Of a stretch of DNA of 64,000 bases, positions 57,053 to 64,000 are shown piece after piece (within the stretch, counting starts at the first letter, position 1; each line of letters starts with the position of its first letter). This DNA is from a bacterium. Lineage in GTDB: Bacteria > Zixibacteria > MSB-5A5 > GN15 > FEB-12. The notes under the pieces were generated by a model. That model had not been told where the DNA came from. It searched no databases and was given only the letters and a program-made list of their open reading frames with translations. The DNA lies in assembly GCA_043811375.1 (NCBI GenBank), contig JBDRNJ010000084.1, positions 32,001-96,000 on the forward strand, written 5' to 3'. A program made the translations under genes and the position numbers.

Positions 57053-57832
57053 ATGACCTCCGTAAAGAAACCAAAACTGGCTGTCTGGAAGTTCGCCTCC
57101 TGTGACGGGTGCCAGTTATCATTGCTGGACTGCGAAGATGAGCTTCTGGCCATAGCGGAAGCAATCACCATAGCGAATTTCCCCGAAGCATCACGGGCGG
57201 TAATGAAAGGTCCGTACGATATTTCTTTGGTGGAGGGTTCCATCACGACACCGCACGATGGGGAGCGGATTCACAAGATCCGGCGTATGTCAAAACATCT
57301 GGTGACGATTGGGGCCTGTGCTACAGCCGGAGGGATTCAAGCCCTGCGCAACTTCGCGGACGTGAACGAGTTCGTTTCCATTGTATACGCCAATCCCGCA
57401 TACATCAAAACGCTCAACAAGTCGACCCCCATTGCCGACCATGTGTTGGTTGACTACGAACTGCGTGGCTGCCCGATTAACAAGTACCAACTGGTGGAAC
57501 TCATCAGCGCTTTTCTAAACGGCCGCAAGCCGAATATAGGTACCCACAGCGTCTGTATGGAATGCAAGATGAAGGGGAACGTCTGTGTGATGGTTGCCAC
57601 CGGGACTCCCTGTCTGGGGCCGGTCACTCAAATGGGATGCGGCGCGTTATGCCCATCGTATGATCGTGGTTGTTTCGGATGCTTCGGTCCCAAGGAGACC
57701 CCGAATACCAGATCGTTAGCGGCCTGGTTCGAGCAGCGGCAGGTTCCCCTGGATGAAATTGTCCGAGCGTTCCGGGGGTTCAATGCCTTTGCAGAGCCGT
57801 TCCGAAAGGAGAGCGAAGCACATGAAAAGTAG
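57053..57832 (+). CDS. hydD: Group 3b [NiFe]-hydrogenase small subunit (delta)
   Basis: SCDGCQ, VEGS, GACA-x-x-GG, GCP, VCMEC, CLGPVT-x-x-GC-x-A-x-CP and CFGCFG. Confidence 0.92.
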   Translation: MTSVKKPKLAVWKFASCDGCQLSLLDCEDELLAIAEAITIANFPEASRAVMKGPYDISLVEGSITTPHDGERIHKIRRMSKHLVTIGACATAGGIQALRNFADVNEFVSIVYANPAYIKTLNKSTPIADHVLVDYELRGCPINKYQLVELISAFLNGRKPNIGTHSVCMECKMKGNVCVMVATGTPCLGPVTQMGCGALCPSYDRGCFGCFGPKETPNTRSLAAWFEQRQVPLDEIVRAFRGFNAFAEPFRKESEAHEK

Positions 57833-59111
57833 AACCATCAAGGTTGACTACCTGGCTCGAGTGGAAGGAGAGGGTGGGCTCTCCGTCAGGATCAAAGATA
57901 ATTCTGTGACGGAGGTTCGATTCAATATCTTTGAACCGCCACGGTTTTTCGAAGCCATGCTTCGTGGACGTAAATTCACTGAAGCTCCCGATATCACAGC
58001 CCGTATCTGCGGCATTTGTCCGGTGGCCTACCAAATGAGTTCGTCACAGGCGATGGAGTCAGTGTGCGGAGTCACGGTTTCGGGGGCGCTGCGGGATTTG
58101 CGTCGGCTCATCTACTGCGGTGAGTGGATAGAATCGCACGCGCTACACATCTATATGCTCCATGCGCCCGACTTTCTGGGCTACCAGGATGCGATAAGTT
58201 TGGCTAAGGACCATCCGGATATCGTTAATCGTGCGCTGAAGCTCAAGAAAATCGGTAACGATCTAATGGTACTCCTCGGCGGACGGGAGATACACCCGGT
58301 AAGCCCACGCGTGGGCGGTTTCTACAAAGTCCCGACAAAAGAAGACCTGGCCGGGCTGGTGGCACCTCTCCAGTGGGCGCTGGAGGCATCTCTGGAGACG
58401 GTCCGCTGGACATCAACCCTTTCATTCCCGGACTTCGAGAGGGATTATGAGTTTGTGTCCTTGAGGCACCCTAAGGAATATCCCATTACCGAGGGGAGAA
58501 TAGTTTCCAACAAAGGGATCGACATTACTACCGACAAGTTCCTGGACACTTTTGAAGAGATCCACGTAAAGCATTCCACGTCGTTGCAGGCGAAGGTGAA
58601 AAACCGGGACGATTACCTGGCCGGACCCCTGGCCCGGTATTGCAACAATTTCGATCGGCTGCCGGAAATAGCCCGGGTGGCGGCCAGGGAAGCCGGTCTG
58701 TCGGAGGTTTGCAGGAATCCGTTTAAGAGCATCATCGTGCGGAGCGTAGAGACGGTGTTTGCCTGCCACGAAGCGCTGAGAATCATCGAAGCGTACGATG
58801 CTCCCGACAGACCGTACGTGGATGTGCCGCCCAGGGCAGGAGTCGGTCATGGATGCACGGAAGCTCCCCGGGGACTGCTGTATCATCGTTACGAGATCGA
58901 CGACAGCGGGATTATCAGGGGTGCCAGGATCATCCCCCCCACGTCCCAGAATCAGAAAGCCATAGAAAAAGACCTGCGTCACTTCGTTGAGAAAAACCTT
59001 GAGCTGACGGATGAAAAACTAACCTGGCAGTGTGAGCAGGTAGTACGCAACTACGATCCATGTATTTCCTGTTCATGTCACTTCCTGAAGCTCAATATCG
59101 AACGGGATTGA
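57822..59111 (+). CDS. hydA: Group 3b [NiFe]-hydrogenase large subunit (alpha)
   Basis: ARVEGEG, L1 RICGICP, EAPRG, L2 [12 protein letters not shown] and a short cleavable C-terminal extension. Confidence 0.95.
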   Translation: MKSRTIKVDYLARVEGEGGLSVRIKDNSVTEVRFNIFEPPRFFEAMLRGRKFTEAPDITARICGICPVAYQMSSSQAMESVCGVTVSGALRDLRRLIYCGEWIESHALHIYMLHAPDFLGYQDAISLAKDHPDIVNRALKLKKIGNDLMVLLGGREIHPVSPRVGGFYKVPTKEDLAGLVAPLQWALEASLETVRWTSTLSFPDFERDYEFVSLRHPKEYPITEGRIVSNKGIDITTDKFLDTFEEIHVKHSTSLQAKVKNRDDYLAGPLARYCNNFDRLPEIARVAAREAGLSEVCRNPFKSIIVRSVETVFACHEALRIIEAYDAPDRPYVDVPPRAGVGHGCTEAPRGLLYHRYEIDDSGIIRGARIIPPTSQNQKAIEKDLRHFVEKNLELTDEKLTWQCEQVVRNYDPCISCSCHFLKLNIERD

Positions 59112-59124
59112 GAAGAGTTATCCA

Positions 59125-59598
59125 ATGGACAAGAATCCAATTACGGTGGTCGGAATCGGTAATGCCTACCGGTCGGATGATGGAGTCGGACTGTATATTG
59201 CCGAGCGGATTCGCAGCCTGGCGCTCAATGGAGTGAAAGCAGTCGTAGGGATCGGCGATGGTTTTGCGCTTGTCGACATCTGGTCCGACTCAACTATGGT
59301 CTTTGTAATTGATTGCGCATCTTCCGGAGCGCTATCGGGCACAACATATCGTTTCGATGCTCTGCATGAGAAGATACCGAGCAATCTGTTTTCAGGCCTG
59401 TCGACTCACTCCATTGCCGTCAACGATGCGGTAGAGTTAGCCCGGGTGCTGAACCGGCTGCCTGGTGGACTTGTCGTGTATGGCATTGAAGGCAGTGACT
59501 TCTCACCCGGTAACGATCTGACTCCGGCGGTTCGGGAAAGCGCTCACAAGGTTGTTGATTCTATATATAAAGAGATTGAGGTCCTGACACACATATAA
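59125..59598 (+). CDS. Hydrogenase maturation protease
   Basis: VVGIGN-x-x-x-x-DDGVG, V-x-D, STH and YGIEG. Confidence 0.92.
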   Translation: MDKNPITVVGIGNAYRSDDGVGLYIAERIRSLALNGVKAVVGIGDGFALVDIWSDSTMVFVIDCASSGALSGTTYRFDALHEKIPSNLFSGLSTHSIAVNDAVELARVLNRLPGGLVVYGIEGSDFSPGNDLTPAVRESAHKVVDSIYKEIEVLTHI

Positions 59599-59615
59599 TG
59601 AGACAGGTTATACCA

Positions 59616-59879
59616 ATGCATGAGTTCTCACTTCTTAAAGATCTGCTGGGTAAAATCAAAACCGTAGCTAAAGAGAACGGCTCGGACAAAGTGATCGGTG
59701 TCAAAGTGAAGTTGGGTGCGTTGGCTCACATATCGCCCGCTCACTTACGCGAACACTTCGATCGCGCCGTTATCGGCACCGTGGCGGAGGGGGCCAGGCT
59801 TGACGTTGAGACACTTCAGGATGAGCGTGACCCACATGCCCAGGAGATAATTCTGGATAGCGTGGAAGTGGCGGAATGA
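59616..59879 (+). CDS. hypA: HypA/HybF nickel chaperone, short form lacking the zinc finger
   Basis: MHE N-terminus, V-x-LGAL, GT-x-AEGA-x-L and C-terminal ILDSVEV. No cysteines. Confidence 0.8.
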   Translation: MHEFSLLKDLLGKIKTVAKENGSDKVIGVKVKLGALAHISPAHLREHFDRAVIGTVAEGARLDVETLQDERDPHAQEIILDSVEVAE

Positions 59880-59978
59880 ATAACATAAACGGAGTCATTT
59901 TCCTGATGTATCGTCAGCTTGTATCAAGCAAACCCGGCCAGTAAGGTAATCTGACTTGTCACATAAGAGGCGGCAGAT

Positions 59979-60629
59979 ATGAGTGTTTTCGAGTATAGAG
60001 AGAAGAAATACACGGTGGGTTTCGAGGGCTTCCTGGTGAAGTTTGACGACTGGGATGAGAACTTTGCCGAAGGAATGGCGCTCGATGTAAACATCCATGA
60101 TGGTTTGACCGAAGATCACTGGAGGGTCATAGGCTTCATTCGGGATGCCTTCAAGAACGAGGGCAAATGCCCTCTGGTTTATGAGACTTGTAGATCGAAC
60201 AGTCTTCATTTAGCCGGACTCAAGGCTCTTTTCCCAAAGGGTTATCATCGAGGGGCCTGTAAGCTTGCGGGAATCACATATGAGCAAAGTTATTTGCCGC
60301 AATCACTAATAGACGAGTCCATGGCGCTTACTCCTGCAGTGGAAGGAAAGATCTATCGGATAGATGCTCAAGGTTTTCTTGTAGATCCCCAGGAGTGGGA
60401 TGGGCAGTTTACCTTATGCAAAGCGTACGAGATGAAAATGGACAAATTGACCAAGAACCACTGGCGGATAATCAATTTCGTTCGCAATTGGTACAAGAGA
60501 ACCGGAATTGTTCCCACTGTCTATGAGACTTGCGAGGCCAATGATCTTGATATCGAGAATCTTGAAAGTCTGTTCCCGGACGGCTATCATCGTGGAGTAA
60601 TCAAGATTGCCGGCTTGCGGGTTAAGTAA
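59979..60629 (+). CDS. Tandem DsrC/TusE-like double-domain protein
   Basis: Two repeats of [EQ]GFLV-x-x-x-x-WD...LT-x-x-HW-x-[VI]I-x-F-x-R...P-x-VYETC...LFP-x-GYHRG-x-x-K-x-AG. Confidence 0.85.
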   Translation: MSVFEYREKKYTVGFEGFLVKFDDWDENFAEGMALDVNIHDGLTEDHWRVIGFIRDAFKNEGKCPLVYETCRSNSLHLAGLKALFPKGYHRGACKLAGITYEQSYLPQSLIDESMALTPAVEGKIYRIDAQGFLVDPQEWDGQFTLCKAYEMKMDKLTKNHWRIINFVRNWYKRTGIVPTVYETCEANDLDIENLESLFPDGYHRGVIKIAGLRVK

Positions 60630-60647
60630 GAGTTGTCGTAGGTTTCT

Positions 60648-63017
60648 ATGGGATACAGATGTCTCCGGAATGACACACCTTTACAAACAGCGGCTCCTCT
60701 GACGCGAATTCGCCTGAACATATACGGGACCGTACAAGGGGTCGGCTTCCGTCCCTTTGTCTACCGACTGGCCACCGAACTCAATCTCACCGGCTGGGTC
60801 AGAAACTCTCCCAACGGCGTGCAGGTCGAAGTAGAGGGAGACGGCCACAGGCTTGGGCAGTTTACGGATCGTCTTCAGCAGGAGAAGCCGATCTTATCCG
60901 GGATAGACGAACTGGAGGTGAACCACCTTCCACCCACAGGTTACACCGAGTTCATTGTCGCCACCAGCGACAGTTCCGGCGAAATCGACGCCGTGATCCT
61001 TCCCGATATCGCAACCTGTAAAGATTGCCGTCGGGAAATCTTCGATCCTGCAAATCGTCGCTATCAGTATCCATTCACAAACTGTACCAACTGCGGACCG
61101 CGTTACTCCATTATCGAATCACTTCCCTATGACCGTATCAATACGACTATGCGGCGTTTCGCCATGTGTGACGAGTGTCGGCGTGAATACGAAGATCCGC
61201 AGAATCGGCGTTTTCACGCCCAGCCCAACGCCTGTCCGAACTGCGGGCCGCATCTCGAACTCCGGAACAGAACTGGCAGAATGTTGGCCGGCCATGCACA
61301 TGCTCTTAACCTGGTCTGTGATCTGGTTCGGAAGGGAGGGATACTGGCACTGAAGGGCCTGGGCGGGTTTCAGTTAATCGTTGATGCCGGCAACGCCGAT
61401 GCCGTGCAGTGTCTGAGAGACCGGAAGAATCGACCCGACAAACCGTTGGCGTTGATGTACCCGAATCTCACCAGTGTCGCAAATGACTGTGAATTGACGC
61501 TACCGGAGAAAACCGCTCTGACATCCAGCGCCTCCCCAATAGTACTGTTGAAACGAAAGCTTTCACCTGCGACCATGTTGTGCCGGACAGCAGGTATCAT
61601 AGCACCCGACAATCCTTACCTGGGTGTTATGTTACCCTATACACCTCTGCATCACTTGCTGATAGCAGATTTGGGTGGTCCCATCGTGGCTACCAGTGGT
61701 AATCTGTCGGATGAACCGATATGCACCGATGAGCGCGAGGCACTCCATCGTCTACGAGATATCGCTGATTTGTTTCTCGTGCACGATCGTCCCATAGCCC
61801 GGCATGTCGACGATTCGATTGTCCGGGTCATTGCTGATCGACCGGTCGTCCTGCGCAGCGCCCGCGGGTACGCTCCCACGGTGATTGACCTGTCTGAATC
61901 GGCATCGGACTGCCTTGCGGTGGGCGCCCAACTGAAAAACTCAATCGCAATATCCAAAGGAAGGCGCACCTTTGTCAGTCAGCATATCGGTGACCTCGAT
62001 AGCAAACCTGCCTTCGACGCCATGGGCCGGGTGATCGGTTCGCTTATATCAGTCTATAATGTGAATCCGAGTATAGTAGCCTGCGATCTGCATCCTGACT
62101 ATCAGTCCACCAGCTTTGCATCCGCCGTTGATGCTCCGTGCCACCCGGTTCAGCATCACTATGCCCACGTTTTGTCCTGTATGGCGGAAAATCACCTGGA
62201 GCCGCCTGTGCTCGGAGTATCTTTTGACGGCACCGGTCTTGGTACGGACGATACCATCTGGGGCGGTGAATTCCTGAGAGTGGTTGATGATTCCTTCGAG
62301 CGAGTCGCGCACCTGCGGTGTTTCCGTCTGCCCGGAGGCGATACTGCCATACGTGAGCCTCGCCGGGCTGCACTGAGCTTATTGTACGAAGCTTTTGGCG
62401 ATGATGCCTTTGGAATGCGCGAGTTGAGTCCGGTGAAGTCTTTCACGACTGAAGAACTACGTATCCTCCGGACGGTTCTAAGCAGGGGAGTTAACGCACC
62501 GTTCACCTCGAGTGCGGGTCGTCTCTTCGATGCTGTTTCGTCGCTCGTGGGATTGTGCCACAAAATGAGTTTCGAAGGGCAGGCGGCGATGCTGCTGGAA
62601 TTTGCCGCCGAGAGTATCGAGTCAGCGGATACTTACGAATTCAGCCTGGAAACCCGCTCCTCACCGTACGTGCTTGATTGGGAACCGATGTTGCGACAAA
62701 TATGTTCAGACCTGCGGGTTTCGGCAGCACCTGCCATAATCGCAGCGAAGTTCCACAATACTCTTGCGGGGATGATAGCTGAAATCGCCACCAGGAGCGG
62801 GGAGACCAGGATCGCACTAACGGGCGGTTGCTTCCAGAATAAATACCTTACCGAACGGGCGCTTGCTTATCTGCATCGCTCCGGTCTTGAGGTTTTTCGA
62901 CATGGGCGGGTGCCGCCCAACGATGGCGGCATTGCGCTCGGTCAGATCATGGCGGCTTGCCGTCAGCAACGCAAAGGTGATAAACGTGTGTCTGGCAGTT
63001 CCCGGAAAGATACTTGA
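60648..63017 (+). CDS. hypF: Carbamoyltransferase HypF
   Basis: GTVQGVGFRPFVY, zinc fingers, RRFHAQP, KGLGGF, QHHYAH and P-x-NDGGIALGQ. Confidence 0.96.
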   Translation: MGYRCLRNDTPLQTAAPLTRIRLNIYGTVQGVGFRPFVYRLATELNLTGWVRNSPNGVQVEVEGDGHRLGQFTDRLQQEKPILSGIDELEVNHLPPTGYTEFIVATSDSSGEIDAVILPDIATCKDCRREIFDPANRRYQYPFTNCTNCGPRYSIIESLPYDRINTTMRRFAMCDECRREYEDPQNRRFHAQPNACPNCGPHLELRNRTGRMLAGHAHALNLVCDLVRKGGILALKGLGGFQLIVDAGNADAVQCLRDRKNRPDKPLALMYPNLTSVANDCELTLPEKTALTSSASPIVLLKRKLSPATMLCRTAGIIAPDNPYLGVMLPYTPLHHLLIADLGGPIVATSGNLSDEPICTDEREALHRLRDIADLFLVHDRPIARHVDDSIVRVIADRPVVLRSARGYAPTVIDLSESASDCLAVGAQLKNSIAISKGRRTFVSQHIGDLDSKPAFDAMGRVIGSLISVYNVNPSIVACDLHPDYQSTSFASAVDAPCHPVQHHYAHVLSCMAENHLEPPVLGVSFDGTGLGTDDTIWGGEFLRVVDDSFERVAHLRCFRLPGGDTAIREPRRAALSLLYEAFGDDAFGMRELSPVKSFTTEELRILRTVLSRGVNAPFTSSAGRLFDAVSSLVGLCHKMSFEGQAAMLLEFAAESIESADTYEFSLETRSSPYVLDWEPMLRQICSDLRVSAAPAIIAAKFHNTLAGMIAEIATRSGETRIALTGGCFQNKYLTERALAYLHRSGLEVFRHGRVPPNDGGIALGQIMAACRQQRKGDKRVSGSSRKDT

Positions 63018-63240
63018 GCTTACCGATAACGCCCCTCTTACAAGGACGGGACGAGTCAGTTTCGGCGGCATCATAAGGAACGTGAATCTTGCCACCGTGT
63101 CGGCGGCCGAAGTTGGTGATTATGTCATCGTACATGCCGGTTTTGCCATCAGTGTCATTGATTCCGATGAAGCGGCAAAAACTATTGAGTACCTGAGCCG
63201 GATCGAGCGATTGTCCGCCGAACGGGAAGCTGAGCAATGA
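62986..63240 (+). CDS. hypC: Hydrogenase maturation chaperone HypC
   Basis: GTG start giving MCLAVPG, and [13 protein letters not shown]. Confidence 0.93.
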   Translation: MCLAVPGKILELTDNAPLTRTGRVSFGGIIRNVNLATVSAAEVGDYVIVHAGFAISVIDSDEAAKTIEYLSRIERLSAEREAEQ

Positions 63241-64000
63241 AATTCGTAGATGATTTTCGTGACCCGGCAACTGCCACACGATATGTAACATCCATCGCCG
63301 ACATCAGCACTAAACGCTGGGCCATCATGGAGGTGTGCGGCGGTCAGACACACGCTATCGTGAGAAACGGCATCGACAGACAGCTCACCGAAATGGTTAC
63401 GCTGTTGCACGGTCCCGGCTGTCCGGTATGTGTCACGCCCGCAGACCTGATTGACATGGCAATCGAACTGGCGTCACGAGAGGATGTCATCTTCTGCTCA
63501 TTTGGAGATATGCTTCGGGTTCGTGGCAGCAGGGAGGACTTGCTGTCTGTCAAAGCCCGGGGTGGCGACATTCGTCTGCTCTACTCACCGCTGGATTGTC
63601 TGGAAATAGCTCGCGACAACCCTGACAGAGAAGTGGTGTTCTTTGCAATTGGATTTGAAACAACCGCTCCCGTGAACGCCTCGGTGGTATGCCAGGCACA
63701 CCAACAGGGAATTCACAACTTCTCAATCCTGTGCACCCAGGTTCTTATCCCGCCGGCTATTGCCGCGATTCTGGAATCACCGGAGTGCCGCGTGCAAGCC
63801 CTGCTGGCGCCCGGTCATGTTTGCAGTGTCACGGGCTGTACCGAGTATGAGCAATTAGCCTCTCGCTACCGATTGCCGATCATCGTTACCGGGTTTGAGC
63901 CGGTCGATATTCTGCAGGGTATTCACATGGCGGTCGCACAATTGGAGAAGGGCCAGGCCAGACTCGAGAACCAGTATATGAGGGCAGTCAGGACGGAAGG
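63237..64000 (+). CDS. hypD: Hydrogenase maturation protein HypD (partial, runs off window)
   Basis: Translated by hand: [10 protein letters not shown]...MEVCGGQTH...[10 protein letters not shown]...GFETT...PGHV. Confidence 0.93.
   Translation, partial: MKFVDDFRDPATATRYVTSIADISTKRWAIMEVCGGQTHAIVRNGIDRQLTEMVTLLHGPGCPVCVTPADLIDMAIELASREDVIFCSFGDMLRVRGSREDLLSVKARGGDIRLLYSPLDCLEIARDNPDREVVFFAIGFETTAPVNASVVCQAHQQGIHNFSILCTQVLIPPAIAAILESPECRVQALLAPGHVCSVTGCTEYEQLASRYRLPIIVTGFEPVDILQGIHMAVAQLEKGQARLENQYMRAVRTE

Noticed and set aside
57822..59879. Selenocysteine or TGA read-through in hydA or hypA
   Set aside because: The L2 motif has ordinary Cys codons. HypA ends at the normal final strand, so read-through would not restore the internal zinc finger.
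1..64000. CRISPR array, prophage, integron or rRNA
   Set aside because: No regularly spaced direct repeats, and no cas, integrase, phage structural or rRNA sequences were seen.

Overview
This is a gene-dense bacterial chromosome segment of moderately high GC. The lipoproteins, the cohesin-like protein and the ispE-spoVG-tRNA-Gln-prs-rplY order suggest candidate phylum Zixibacteria or another FCB-related diderm (inference). Positions 1-46.5 kb are mostly housekeeping genes (recO, glyQS, valS, mazG, mtnA, rsmB, coaX, class II RNR nrdJ, ispE, prs, rplY) mixed with secreted or lipoprotein hypotheticals. This part also holds a REP-associated tyrosine transposase flanked by inverted GTAG-REPs, further REP and MITE-like elements, a Panacea/SocA antitoxin-like gene convergent with a RelE-like ORF, several apparent pseudoenzymes, and two promoter-hairpin-terminator units without an ORF that look like sRNA genes. 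Positions 46.5-64 kb form one putative regulatory-metabolic unit. A sigma54 activator with no sensory domain is divergent from a -24/-12 promoter. Downstream lie a histidine kinase, two response regulators without DNA-binding domains, a DASS/SLC13 anion transporter, an OprO/P-like porin, a group 3b (sulfhydrogenase-type) [NiFe]-hydrogenase, a HypA with no zinc finger, an unusual tandem DsrC/TusE-like protein, and hypF-hypC-hypD. This unit is the best candidate for an undescribed system. All calls come from reading motifs by eye; no searches were run.
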